Assembly: GCF_003704095.1 (NCBI RefSeq)
Contig: NW_020846447.1
Span: 186,001 to 250,000, forward strand
DNA length: 64,000 bases
Reading direction: 5' to 3'
Source of the DNA: Pocillopora damicornis
Lineage: Eukaryota
Part shown: positions 47,022 to 61,200 of the stretch, one piece after another
How positions within the stretch are numbered: the first letter of the stretch is position 1
How the letters are laid out: every line of letters starts with the position of its first letter
Position numbers and translations under genes: made by a program
Notes under the pieces: generated by a model
The model's input: only the letters and a program-made list of their open reading frames with translations
Databases searched by the model: none
What the model was told of the DNA's origin: nothing

Positions 47022-50000
47022 TCACTTTTTCTGTCGACTTCTTGTAACTCTTTTAGTAACAGTCTCTGTTGATTTCATAGGGGCAGTTTTTCTAGAAACC
47101 TTTTTAGGGGACGCTAAAGATTCTTCATCTTCAATGTGTTCCTCGTCTTCAAAATTTTTCGCAGAGTCCTGCAAAAGTGTAGTAGCCTCTGGAAGTGAAG
47201 GCGTGGATTTCTTTCTCTGTGATCGACGAGAAGAAAGTGTGCCCGCCGCCGTGACGGGATCAGGGGACAACTGAACTTCTTTTACATCCAAAGATTTCCG
47301 TGATTTTCGAGTTTTAGGTGTCTTTTCAGCTTCTTCGCCGTTAGACGTATCAGAGTTAGGTGTTTTAACCTTAGGTACCACAGGAGTGTCGTGAGATTTT
47401 GTTTGAAACCTACCAGAGACTTCCTCAGTTGTCAAACTATCGGATTCCCGAGACGAGAGAATGTCTATAACAGTATTAACCAAAGCATCTTCGGTTGATA
47501 CCGAAGATTTCGTCCCTTCGTCTTCACGGGACCTATCTGCTACGACGTTTTTCTGTTCAGCCGATGACTGCTCGTTTGCGGGTGTTTCATCGTCTCCTCG
47601 ACTGTCACGTTCTGACGCTTTATCATTGAAGACAACATACTCGGTATCCGCCAAGTCAGAGTCTTTTGAGGTTAATTGCAAAGAGGTACGTGTTTGTCTC
47701 TTGACGGAAGGTTTATTAGTTCGCTGTGAGATATTTCTTGGGGCTGATCTACGACTTCTTCGGTTGCTGCCAACGTCCATTGCTTCATCCTCTTCCGCTG
47801 TATTGGAAGATGCTTCTACTTGACGAGATGTTATGCTTCCCTGTGGTACCTCTGGTTCTTGTGATTTTTGCGCAGATTTCCGTGTTTGTCGTCTGTTGGT
47901 GAGTATACCAGACTTCCCGTTTCCTTCTATTTCAGGTGAGGTTTCTATCTTAGGACTTTCAGAAACCACTTTTTTTCCCTCCTCCTGGCTAATGACAACA
48001 GGAGTCTCCATGGAAATGTTCTCGTAATCTACATTCTTGCTTCCTTCACTGACCCTTTCCATGAACACTGAACCTTCCGTCTCTGCTGCTTCCCTTCGCG
48101 TCTTCCTCGTTGGTGGCCGAGGGACCACTCCTTCCATTTCAGTGCTTTCCTGTTTTCGTTTTCTTCCCCGTCCCACTTTCCCTTGCCGTGGACCTGCCGG
48201 GGCAGTCTCTGTCTCTGAAGAAGAAACCAAACTTTCACTTAGCCCTTCCTGGGAGTCACTTCCGGTCTCCGGAGCAGCACTGCCCTGACTCAATATATCT
48301 GATGATTCAGCCTTATCAATGTCGCTCACATCCATTCCTCCTCTAGACTCTCTGTCTTGAACATCTTGAATGTCCAGGTTCTCGGCTATTGTGCTTGGTG
48401 CTCCACTCATTCGGGACCTTCTCGCCCTTCCAGTAACTGCTGGAGTTTCTTCCTCGGTTACTGTAGAATCGGTATCCTCCGTTGAAGTAGCTGGTTCGGG
48501 TCTCATGGATCTCCGAGATTGCCGGGTACGTTTGCTTCGAGCGGGTTGCATACCGAGTGACCCATCCTCCCTTTCGGAGAGTACAGAACGTACACCTTCG
48601 GTGGAAACTGTTACTTTAGGGTCTTTCATCGTTTCTGGCAAAACGCTATCAGCATCATGATTGTTGATATCGCTGGTAGAGTTGTGTTCATTCTCGCTAC
48701 TCTCCAACAACTGGCCATTATCTTGGTCATCTTGCTGTCCTACAATTACTGATTCTACGCTATCACTTAAGATCTCTTGTGACGCCACCACGGACTGTTC
48801 AGAGGTAGGGGTGTCTACTTCTTCATGACCAAACAAGTTTTTGTCTTCAGACGCAGTAATGATGACATTAGATTCAAAATCTATTACAAAGGAAAGAAAA
48901 GAAAGAACCAGGGACGTTAAACGAAGGACAAGGCACCAGCGCGCCGAGATGAATAAGTATCACTAAAAGGTTTAATTTCCGAAACCATTAAGTGATTAGC
49001 TATCTATTTTTAAGTACTCCCATAAAACGACACAGACAGAATTTGCACCAAAATTTAATTTCCTCGTTGAGATTGAATAATTGTGACATTTGTTACCTGC
49101 GTCTTCTTCACCAGGAGGCTTTTCATCATAATCGACCATCTGTTGTCCTTCATCGCTGAGTGCATTAGGCTCTGCTATATACTGCTCACTGACTGTTAGA
49201 TGTTCCTTCTGGATCTCTTTCTTCTGGTGTTCTTTCTCATGACGAACACGGGCTTTTGCTCGGTCAATCTGGTTCAAAACCATCTCAAATCGGGCAGCTG
49301 CTACTTTACTATTATCCTCTGCAGTATCCTGCTCGGAACTCGGATCCTGTTGAGCTGGAACTGATGTGGCTGATGTTGCTGCAGTCACTGGAAGCTGCGG
49401 CCAAGGCGCTGGAGGTGTGGCTTGCGTTGGTGCTGAATGATGAGGTCTTGCCGCAGGAATTGGACCATACCTTGAAGATGGGGGAGGTGGGTAACGGGAG
49501 GGAGTATGGTAAGGGTAATTTCCCCATGCACCTGCAGAGGGGACTGGAGTAATGGCTGGTGTGGGATAACCTGGAGGGGGAACTCCAGGGGGTGGAATAG
49601 CACGAAGCACCCCAGGGAGTGGTAAACTTGGAAGTGGTATCCCAGGGGGAAGAATTCCAGGAGGCAGTACCCCTGGGGGTGGGACACCGGGTGGAAATAT
49701 CCCAAGGGGAGAAATACCAGGAGGGGGGATTGTTGACTGTGGTGCAGCAGGTGGGGAGAAAGTATAGGTTCCAACTGGTGGTGGCGGAATGGAAGGTGGG
49801 GGATAGTACGATCCATAATAACTGGGATATGCTGGTGTGTAGCTGAGAAGGAAAAAAGAACACCAAAGTCAAAAAGAAGATCTGCATTTAAAAAACATCA
49901 CAGATCGAAAAGTTGATAAGAATCATCTTTCACTCACCCATGGTAAGGAACTGGTGGAGGAATCCCAATAGGTGGTGGGTACCTTGTTGGAGGAAGCCCC

Positions 50001-53000
50001 ATGGGAGGAGGGTAGGATGGGTATCTAGGAGGTTGTTTGAAGGGTACAGCACTTTGTTTGGTGGATTTGTTTGAGGTAGATTTAGCTGTCGTGGCTGTGG
50101 CGGATGAAGATGTGGTAGGTGGCAGTCCAAAGATGAGTTCAAGGTTTGCAGTGGACCAGTTCAGGTTGAAGCCATACTGACATTTCTGGCACTGAAAAGA
50201 TGGTGGTTCACTTTCACCTAATTTATGTCATGCAGGAGATCATATGAACAAGTTAGTTTATGGGTATAACTTCGTCCCAAATCAAATTCAGCATCAACTT
50301 CATCAAAACAAAGTGGAAAAAAGCGTGGATATAAGACTCGATAAAGGTACAAAATATCACAGAAATAAAACAATAATTCATCTCCAGTTCATTTCAAGCA
50401 ATCCAGTCAAGTATTATTCAGCTATTACTTCATCAACCTGTTGGCCCAAATGCATCATCATTCAGGATCTTTGGATGATGAAGGCATTCCTTTTTTGTTT
50501 TGAAGTCAATCTTTTAATTAATTTGCTTCACTCCTGATACCCCAGCAAAAGACTACCAAGCAAGTAGACTCCCAGTTTGTTCATCAAAATTAAATGAACA
50601 AGGAGCTGGAGAAATATCAACTAACAAAGGATGTACCTGCTTTTGTTTAGCTTTATAGTTGGGTGAATTTGCCTCGACCATTTGTCCTTTAAGATTAGGA
50701 AAGATTTTCTACCAAACCCAACATGAGCTTTGAAGCCCCCATGTAGCCTGACAAGTAGATGTCATTTAGAGATACATTGTATGGTTAGCTTTTATTAACA
50801 GAGTCCATTACAAAACAAAGGCTGTATGTATAGTTGAAATGTCAGAAATTAGAGTCTGACAGGATCATTCCAAAATCAGAACTTTGGAAACTGCACAATT
50901 TCAGGATGCAAAAAAGCATACACAATTTATGAATTTTATTTAAAAATTTATGTAGCCATCCTCCTAGGGCTGGGTGGTACTGTAAAACAAGTGACAATTG
51001 TGATTCAGGGCCCCCATAAGTGAATATCACAAGTCATAGGAAAAGCAAGTGATATGTAATTTTTTTACTGAGTGTTCTGTCAGACCACTTCTCTCCTTGG
51101 AGGCTCTGGATACTTATGTGGGGGAGGGGATAGGGTAAAGAGAGCATTCACAGTAATCTTAATTGTGGGTGTTGGTGGCAATGTCTGGTCTTGGGCTTAA
51201 TATAAATACAATGGTAGGGGGTCAACTCTTGAAATAGTGTTAATTCAAGTTCAATTATTGGAAAATCTGACATATGTTTTGAAATGTACCAGAGTTAGAG
51301 GACATTTTGGAAAATTGTTTTTCATGAAATAGCTTTGTTTATAGTGTCAAGTAAAATTGTATCCTCTTAAAACTATCCCATTGTTTTTCCAACTCCAGCC
51401 ATCATTGCAAACTGGCTTACCCTGCCTGTGACTTTTGTCTGGGTCTTCTTTCACGAAACTTTGTTTCATGATGTAGTGAAAAAATAGATGATAACTCCAA
51501 ATAATCAATTCAACAATAGATTATATGTAAGTGGGGAAGTCCCTCTTCCCAGAATTAAAAATCTATAATTCTTTCTGAACTACTTCAGGACTCTTTCATG
51601 TGCCATCCCTCTTGCGTGGTTATAAACTGTGACATGATGAAGACTGACAGAGAGTAACACTTTAAGGACATGTACTTTAAATAGCTTTAAAACAACACAA
51701 ATAATAATTTGTTATCCTTTCTTGGAAGGAAATAAATTTTATTTCAATTTCACACCATTTGATTCTGCAGTGTTATTTTCAAACTGGTAGAGCTATTCCT
51801 CTACCCGTTGAATTTTCAAGAATTTGAAGCCATTTATGCAGCAATAAGAGGTACTACTGGTGGTACTTCTTACTGGCTACCACCTGAAAAGGAGAACACT
51901 GATTATAGAGCAATAAAAAGTAAATTTTCCATTCCTTACTATCTGTGCTCACCCATTTTACCTCACCTTTAGCCATTTTAAAAGCCTGATTTCTTTTGAG
52001 CAACTGTTGAAGACTTTGAGGTAGATCAGTATCTTTGGTGTTTTCTGACACCATGATGATGTATTTAACATCTGAAGAGTCACAGTAAGGGCAACGTCCA
52101 TTGGATGACACAGGATAGCTGCTAGCTTCTGTTGATGGTGCTTTGTTACTAGTTGTTGTAGCGGATGTTTCAGTGGCTGTTGATGCTGGCACATTGACCA
52201 CTGAGCTTCTTATCAAATTGCTTGATGAGGTACTACATTCTGAAAAATTGTCTGAATCAGACACAACAGAAGAAGCTTCCTTGTGTTTGTCATCATCCTC
52301 ATGATCTGCATGGTCTGCTGCATCTTCATCTTCATCTTCACTGTTGTTCTGCTGAGACAGTTTTAGCTCTTCTTTAGCAAGCATTTGTTTGATGAGTTCT
52401 TCTTCATCAATGTCATCCTCCTCATCCTCATCGTCTTCTTCAGTTTCATCCTCTTTGTCTGATGAACCTGAGAGGGTAGAGATGGAAGGTAAACTCCCTC
52501 ACAACTTTTCCAGTGTCTCTCTATTCTTAAATTACTTTCCAGGACATTAACTTATGAAGATAAACAGAACTCATTAACTAACAGAGTCATCTAACATATA
52601 ATCCAGAATGAATACCACACAAAATTGGATGAATGTGATAACAAGAGGATATACATACTTTGCATTGTTGAGGTTTGAGAGGCATTTCCTTTTTCATGAC
52701 TTTTTTGGCCTCGTAACTCATCCAAAACATATAAAGTGTTATCTGATGATTCACTTTGACTGGAACCTTCATCAGTTGTTTGCATGAAAAGTGAAATCAG
52801 ACATAAACATTCAGTTTGCTTGAAAGACTTGTTGAATACCTAATCTAACCGACCAAAAAGTAAACTTAGATCAACCTGAAGGTTGAAATGTCTTTACCAC
52901 TGATATAGTAACATGATAGAATGACAAGATGGCAACATCAGAAATTTATGATAACCAAAAATGTAAATTGACATTTGTGTTGAAAGTTCAAAATAATATA

Positions 53001-53562
53001 AAAAAAATACTAACCTCGAAAGCGGCTCTCATCTGGGCCTGATACAGGTTTAAATGCCTTCTCGGGGTGAAATTGATGCAAGAAAGATACATGTATGATG
53101 ATTGATCATCTATTCCACAACAGCCACAGATAATCACCTCCATTAGATATCATGCACAGACAGATATCCAATAGTAGTCCAGTTTGAACAAAACTTGCAT
53201 GATTCAAGATAAAATATGTGCACTGCATNNNNNNNNNNNNNNNNNNNNNNNNNNNNNNNNNNNNNNNNNNNNNNNNNNNNNNNNNNNNNNNNNNNNNNNN
53301 NNNNNNNNNNNNNNNNNNNNNNNNNNNNTTTTTCTCACTCCTGATTGGTCTTCTTTTTCAAGGCACATGAGCAGTCTTGAAGCATTTTAGGTATTCATAA
53401 TTTACTAAACTTTTTAGTGGTAAGAAAACATACTTATCCAGTATGACATAGAGCCTGTTTGAATTCCCACAGCGAGGACACAAACCATCCTGAGAAATAG
53501 TATACTTTGACCCTCTCAAGTCAGTTCCCTTAATCCTATCATCCATATCTATAATGTCAACA
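47022..53562 (-). CDS. Large uncharacterised, mostly disordered protein: CxxC motifs, acidic stretch, Pro-rich region, Ser/Glu/Arg-rich 600-aa last exon. Exons include 53562-53438, ~52468-51953, ~50190-49938, 49842-49097, 48880-47022; 5' end probably near 54401
   Basis: 604-aa ORF with acceptor at 48880; in-phase GT-AG junctions at 49938/49842 and 49097/48880; CPRCG and CPYCD motifs; family not recognised. Confidence 0.8.
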
Positions 53563-53788
53563 CTGCAAGAGAAACATAGATTGCAGCTGTTATATACCAT
53601 TATTAAAATACTCCATGGAATTAAAATATTTTGCACAAAGAATTCTCTTGGTGACGTGCAGCAAACTTGGAATCTGCATAATTTTAGTTTAAATAGTCTT
53701 GTGACCATGTATGTCTTTTGTGTTTATCCCTTTACATAGCTTACTTGTTCATTTTTGTACATCACTTTTGTACTTCAATGTATATTTT

Positions 53789-53929
53789 TGGTAAAAAATT
53801 TCCGCACAGCCCCATGCTATTGTAAAACAAATCTGTTTTCCCGATGGCAATGTATTGTTATAGTCATTGTTTTCTCTATTCAAGAACTGAATGCATAATG
53901 AAGTATGGGGCTGTGCGGAAATTTTACCA
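53789..53929. repeat. Small inverted-repeat element
   Basis: ggtaaaaaatttccgcacagccccat versus atggggctgtgcggaaattttacc. Confidence 0.8.
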
Positions 53930-53970
53930 TATTTTTAAACAGGAAACAAGTCATTTGTATGCTTGGGCTA

Positions 53971-54104
53971 AACTTCAGAATACCCGGTCATTTTGGTCCG
54001 CCTCACTTACATGTGTCGGGAGGCTTTGAAGATCGAGGCATAACACAATAGACGTTATTCTTAATCAATGACATGTAAATGAGTGGCCGGGTATTCTGAA
54101 GTTG
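53971..54104. repeat. Small inverted-repeat element
   Basis: aacttcagaatacccggtca versus tggccgggtattctgaagtt. Confidence 0.8.
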
Positions 54105-54401
54105 CTCCCACGTCGTGTATATTTTTTCCCAGTTTTTCCTGTCTCTAATTTTTTTCGGATTTCCTGGGTCACACGCCACCATATAAAAATAAACATACTA
54201 CCAAATCAAAATACATTCATGATTTTGAAAAAATAAAACTAAACAATTATAAAACAAAAAAAAAGGAAAAATAAAAAAAAACACACTTCATCATTTTCCA
54301 GAATGATTCATATGTTGACGGTTCAAAAGCCTGTAGGAAGGCGACAAATATTCAAGCGAAGGCACCAGACTGAAAACTCGATTACTGCTACTTTCCGCCA
54401 T

Positions 54402-54482
54402 GTTGGTACCTATCCCGAAGTGCTTGAGGGCCTTAGCAAATAGCTGCTCATGCGCAGCTTAAAAAGCGCGAAAAAAACAAAA
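54402..54482. promoter_or_regulatory. Putative bidirectional promoter
   Basis: Divergent ATGGCG (YY1-like) starts at 54401 (-) and 54483 (+), 81 bp apart. Confidence 0.55.
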
Positions 54483-56924
54483 ATGGCGGACGATGGAAGA
54501 GTCTCTGTTAATAGCAAACAAACAGTTCTCAGAATTCACGATAAAATTAAAAAGGAAGTGCATGAAATAGCAAGTAAGAAGTCTTGGAATTCGCAACAGA
54601 AAGAGGAATTTGAGAGAAAGCTGCTCGAGGTTGGAGGATTCTCTGATTTTCCTTGCATGAAAGAAATTTAAGCTTGATTTTTAAAATGTACAAGGGTGCC
54701 AAGAACATGTCAGTGTCTTGCAATTTAGCGATTTACGTGTAAATGTTAATTTTGACTGCTTTTCGCTTGATCAAGCTTTACAAGGAATCTGTTGAGGAAA
54801 CTATCAAAGAAAACGTAACCATTGGCGGTCAGGCCTGGGATAATGTAGGCGAGTCAGAAGCTTCAAGTAGTTCTCTTCTTCAGGAAGGTGTGTGCATGCG
54901 TATTAGAAAGTTTATATTTTGTACATTTGAGTGATCTTTATTCTAAGCGTATGTGAGCGATGTAATAAAGCCTAAGACCGAGGGCTCACAAGCTTGGAGC
55001 TTTTCAAGTCGCTGTAATGAATTTTGGCTAACTTGAGCCATAACATGCTCGCTATAACGAAGATTTTGATTTAGTCCCCTGTGAAATGATTTTTTTGCTA
55101 TTTTACGACTTGCTCTACAGCTTGACACACTGCTTGTCACTGAAACAAGCAAATTGGCTGGAAATGATTAATGGAAGTCCATTGCACTTCTTGATAGATC
55201 GTATATCATACAAAATTTTATCTCTCTTTAACCCTTTAACTCTCTTTAACTCTCTTTAACCCTTTAACTGAGTGACTAAGACAGAATTTCTCCTTACAAT
55301 GTCAATACAATATCAACCAGATAAGTGATGAGAATAAGGAAAAATATCAGTGTGAGGAAAATAAGTTGATCCAATACTAAATTCTCTGAACTAACATTTT
55401 AAAAAGTATATGGTTGACAGTAAGGAGAATTACAAATTTGATCTGGGAGTTAAAGGGTTAACTTCCGACCACAATCTCAAGGTAATTCTGGTTGTTAAAT
55501 TTGTGGCAAATTTAGCTGTTAAAATTTTTCTTGACATGGCAACCAAAATGTATTCAGTCCACTTGGAGAACTGAGACCATAGACATGACAAAATTTTTCA
55601 GGTAACATAACACTAAACTTCCAAAGAATCTGCATTATATATAACTCATCTTCTAACTCCTGTTATTCACAATAATAACACAACATTCAATGGAATAGAA
55701 CCCAAAATGCCAGAAAATACTACTGTTAGAGTCTAGACTGTCAAAATTTCTTAGGGATGTTCATACTTTTTGGGAAGAGCAGGCATTGTAGGTTTTCAAA
55801 ACTACCAGCTGCCTGCCATTCTTAACTACCCTTTTGTTGCAAATATTTTGGAGTTCACTCTGCAGTGCTGAAGGACCCTTTAGTTGCAGAAGTTTCAAAC
55901 GTTTTTTGTTATGACCTATTTTGAAAATGTTCTTCAGTCCCCAATGATTACTGGTCCTTAATTTGCAGAAATGGAGCCCCTTAACAGAGACAGAATTACA
56001 GAAGTTCTTCAAATATGTTCTGAACTGGATGATATGATCAGAGATACCACACAGAAACGTAAAAAATATCCTCAGCAAATTGTTGAAGGAGTCAGTAACA
56101 TTCTTCAGAGCCATAAGGAATTTTTGGTGAGATGATCAATAACAGTACATTTACACCAAACCAGAGCCTTATTCACAGACTGACAAACCCTCACATTTCA
56201 AGCAGTATTGAATTTGAGACCTCAGCTTTTATTTTAACTGCCTCTTAAGTAGTGTTCATAAATGCAATGATCACTAATCTGCAAGTCAATTATATGATAT
56301 TCTTATATCCACAACAGAACATTCTCCAGAGCAAATTAAGTATGCATCGTTGTCAGCTCAAGTAGAAAATTATAGACATTTTATTTGTATCTCTGTTCCA
56401 ATCAAAATGCATGGTAAATGGCCATGTACAGAGAGAAAAAACAACTTTATCAATAAATGAATTGCATTAATAAAATAATAGTAATCTTTAATGAGGATGC
56501 TAACGTCACGAAGTGGTTTATAGAAGGGTCCTCAGAAATCTAACGATTTCTTGTGTATTTTTACCTGTAGGAAAACTATCAGCCGGTGATTAAAAGCAAC
56601 TTATTGTCTGGTGGGTCCAATGTCATAACACCAGGTGATACAAAAATTTTTTTTCATTTTCTATCCGTAAAAGCTTTTTTTTAAATTTTATTTAACAACA
56701 TGGGATGTTGTCCATAGAAGAATAATTCAGCAGAAGTCTTAACTTGTAGTGAACTTCTTCATGTGTGTTGGGCAGGTACTTACTCTTTTGAATACTTGTG
56801 GTGGATGTATTGAATGGTCATGAAGTTTTTTTTTAATTGTTTGATTTTCAACTTTTATTTTAGATTTGGAAGAGTGCATACAGAGATTACAAGGAGCAGC
56901 ATCTGATGTTATGCAGCTATCAAA
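54483..56924 (+). CDS. NSL1: Kinetochore MIS12-complex subunit NSL1 homolog; exons 54483-54629, 54776-54887, 55969-56126, 56571-56634, 56864-56924; 3' end unresolved (gap 57036-57135)
   Basis: RVSVNSKQTV, ETIKENVTIGGQAWD and LDDMIRDTTQKRKKYPQQIVEGV parallel human NSL1 RVRCTSKRAV, AVQENISINGQAWQ and FDEIIVDIATKRKQYPRKILECV (recalled); phases consistent. Confidence 0.85.
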
Positions 56925-58209
56925 GGTGTGTTTTTTATTAGAAAAAAATGACAGAGGGGTTTGAGGTACATGTAGTTGTATACAAGAGTACATTGTGGCT
57001 TTTGTTGACTGGCTTAGCATGGTTCTGAAGTTTTTNNNNNNNNNNNNNNNNNNNNNNNNNNNNNNNNNNNNNNNNNNNNNNNNNNNNNNNNNNNNNNNNN
57101 NNNNNNNNNNNNNNNNNNNNNNNNNNNNNNNNNNNCCAGTAAGTCCCATCATGTATTTCAAATATTGATGTCATGTTCATTATCAGACAGAGTTTTTCAT
57201 TAATCATCTTTGTAGTAGTTGTCTGTTTGAAGAGAGAGTGCTGTTTGACTATACAAAACAGTTCCTGCGAGGAAGACTACTCTCCATGTGGGAATTTAGG
57301 ATAAATGTCTGAGCAGTTGAGGGTGGAGGTAGGGAAAGGGTAGAGTTATTTCTTTCCTAAGAGAGACTAGCATCTAAATTCTCTTTATGATATCACCCCC
57401 AAACTGCATAGTAAGGTCACAAGAATAAAAGAACTGATCACTAACTAAAAGAGCTCTTGAATGTTTAACAAATTCTCCCTGTCAACATCTAAGGAAATGT
57501 AAAGAGATAAGTGTGGAGAATACCTACAGTGATGTTAGAGTGTCAGGGGTTAAAGTGAAAGGTGATACTTTGAGCACAACATGTGGACAACTGGATAAAG
57601 AGCAGTTTATAGAAGGGGGGAGGGGGGGAGGAGGAAGAAATCTACCATCGTCTGTATTCCATTCGAGATCGCAAAAACAAAAACGAATAAAGGAACAATT
57701 TGAAATAAGGATGTTTTAAGTAATGTCTCTAAGTTGATAGCTCTCTGGATCCTTAGCAACTGTGAGCTTGACAGAGTATCAAAATCATCAGTTGATCACC
57801 TGAGATTATGCCTGGGATTACGAAGGATAACTTGAGAGCCATTGTAATAATAATGGGAAACAGGATGGGGTGAACATACCTGTAAATATTGTAGTGTTTG
57901 TTTATAGAGTAGATACCTGAATTGATTTAAGAATTACAGATGGTCCTGCCTGTCAGCAATGGGTAGAAAAAAATTGGAAAGAAAAAAAAAATTAAGACAC
58001 TTGTGTAAAACGATTTCAAGTCACAAATAAATCATGGGGTTCCCTTTCATATTTTCCTCCTTGTAAGATAAGTGATGTGTACAGACAAACTGTTATCCAA
58101 TTCCCAAAGGTGCGCGCGGGGATGACAAAACGGGGAGAAACTGGAACAAATAATTTGCGTTGGTATACATTCCATTCACCTTACACAACATGTACCTCTG
58201 ATTTCTAAA

Positions 58210-61200
58210 ATGGCGAACGTTGAGGAGACGGCGACCGAAAACGATAGTGAGAATTATGATATGCCTCCACCTAATCTTCCGACAAAACCTCCAGACCAGG
58301 CAAAACTTACAAAGGAAGAATCAAAATCGAAACCTTTATCGAAAGAAAAGAAGGAATCGGTGCCAGAATTGCCCTACAAGGAACCATCGTGGAGTGGTAT
58401 CCCAGACGAATTCTACAACTTGGAAGTTTTGAAGAATGGATGCATAATAACAAATGTTGATCTCACTAGTAAACCTTTTCATGTGTTCGGAAGGCTTCCT
58501 AGTTGTGATGTTAGCTTAGAACATCCTTCGGTTTCTAGATACCACGCGGTGATTCAGTACAAGACGAGCGATACCTCAAATAGCGAAAAGGGTTTCTACC
58601 TCTATGACCTTGGTAGCACACACGGAACATTCGTCAATAAGTCAAGACTTGAATCTAAACGTTACTACAGACTGCGTGTAGGATATGTGATTAAGTTTGG
58701 GGGAAGCTCCAGATTATTTATTCTCCAGGTAAGCTCGAATCTGAAATGGTGCAGAAAAAAATCTAATTATTATAGTGGTTTGTGTTTGATTGATTCGATC
58801 CATTCATCATGTGAATTATTGTGTAAAGATGCGTGTATTGGTGAAAGCACACACACATACCGTATTAAGAATGTACATTAAAAAGATTACGCGCTTCTGA
58901 TTGGCTGAAAACGAGTGTATTTTCATGTAACACGAGTGTAAAGTTGTAACATGAGTGCAAATTACAACATGATTTCTCGTGCAATTTGGTGTAAATAAGC
59001 ACTTATAAATTTTCCAAAGACTAGGGCTCGTACAATTTTGTTGTCTTTGAAAAATTGACTTGTGCTTATTAACACCAAATTGCACTCAAGATCATGTTGT
59101 TACCTATACTTATAGCATCAAGCACCCAACCTTAAATAAGTGCCCACCTCGAATAAGAGCCCACTTAGAGTAAGTGCCCACCTTGTGGGTAGAAAAAGCT
59201 AAGCACCTAGTCTCTAGTAAGCACCCATTTCAAATCATTGACTGTACTTCCCTCCATAATACTGTGTTATTTTGCTTTTGTCTGCAGGGCCCTGAAGATG
59301 GTGAAGAATCTGATTCAAATGCTGCTATACAAACAGAAAAACAAACAGAAGTCAGGAGCAGTGAAGTAGGCAGAGTTATGACCGAAGAGGAATATGAAGA
59401 ATGGAAGAAAGAAAGAGAGGGAGGAAAACAAAATGAAGAAGATACAGGAATTGATTGGGGAATGGGTAATAATTTATATTGAGTAAAAATTTATTCTGCA
59501 TTAAAAGAGAAGAGAAGTCTTATTTTGGCCATTTGCTAACTTTTCTTCAAATAACTGGCCCACTGAGTTTTTTAACTGTTACATTAGCACTATTGATGTC
59601 ATAAAAGGGGTAAGATTTTCTTGTTTTTGAAAATTGCATCAAGTATGGTATAGCTTGCTTTGCTTCCACTTGTATCTGAGAATTCTGAGTTGTTTATAGC
59701 ATATTAAGTATAATTATAAATTTTGAGCTGTCCAGCAAAATTAAATGGTTTCCCTTTTCAAAAATAAATATATAGCGCATATTACTTGTGACATAAGTGG
59801 TCCCTAGCAATGATCATATCCTTTTACTTAATTCCTTAGGGGAGGATGCTGTTGAAGAGCCTACATATCCACCTGATTTTGGTGAAACTGAGAAGGCTGA
59901 GGAGCATCATTTCAAAGATCCTAAGAAGACTTTGAGAGGATTCTTTGAAAGAGAAGGTTTTTAACATTAATTATGATTGTGGTTCTCTATGAAATTTTTT
60001 GTGTCATTAGTGTATTTTTTCTTTGTTCTATTTTCAGTGACTCTGATTAATTGTGCTGTAATATTTTATTGTTATGGTTGTCAGGGCTGGAGTTAGAGTA
60101 TGATGTAGAAGAGAAAGGTCCAGGTCATGCAAAAGTTTTTCACTGCAGAGTAAAGTAAGTGAAATTTTGAATGTGGAAGTGACATGGCCTTTATGGTAAG
60201 AAGGCTGGATTTGAAAACTGGAGGTCCTGGGTTCAAATTGTCCACTTTTCATCTCAAGAAGATTTGCTGCTCTATAGTTTTGAGTCCTACTCCATTGCTA
60301 TGATTTATGTCTTGTAGAATTTGGGGTATTGGTTTAAATGTTATTTACATTTATGTTTGATTTGCTTTGCTTTGGTTGGTGATTTAATACCATGACCTAT
60401 AAACAAAGTTATTACTATTATAGTTATAACCAATGGTATGAATTATTATTATATTTATTAACTCTCATGATATCATTAAAACTACCGTAACGGTAATCGC
60501 ATTTCAAATAATGACTATAATAATTTTGATATGATATTTTATTAATAACATAACCCTTTAAACCCTAATGGTGACCAGCATTGTTTCTCCTTACATCTGT
60601 TTGATAAACAAATTCTCCTTGTCAGCACAAAAGGAAATGTATATTGAAGAGTGTGGAGAATATGAAGATTGACCATGTTACATTTTTTATAGATTGCCAA
60701 TAGATGGGCCAAGTGGTGATCCTCTTTATGCCGAGGCTGCTATCACAGGAAGGAAGAAGGAAGCAGTATTGGAGTGTGCAAAGGAGGCATGTCGAATGCT
60801 GGATGCTGCTGGCCTCCTGAGACAGTCCTCTCATGGTAGTGGATCACTTTATATATTTGTATCAGTCAGATAAATTCATGGTTGATTTTAATAATCATAA
60901 GAAATTATATGTTTCATTTATCTCTCTTAATTCAATTTCAAGTTGGAGATGGATTCTATTAAATTTGTTAATTCTAGTTCTGTTGTTTCCCATGCAGAGA
61001 GTAGGAAACACAAAGAGAAAAATTGGGAAGAAAATGATTTTTATGACAGTGATGAAGACAATTTCTTGGATAGAACTGGATCAGGTCAGTTGTAATTTGT
61101 TGCTGATAAATATCTGTGTTGAACAAAACATAAATCGTTAATTTACAAGGAAACGTGAAGCAGCCTGAGCAGAGAATTAACAATCAGATCTTGGGGGTTT

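Noticed and set aside
47461-48660. Several + strand ORFs of 64-120 aa
   Set aside because: Antisense shadows of the 604-aa low-complexity exon
54003-54045. MPRSSKPPDT|gtaagt as first coding exon of the minus-strand gene
   Set aside because: Its phase (1) does not match the next acceptor (phase 2), and it lies inside an inverted-repeat element
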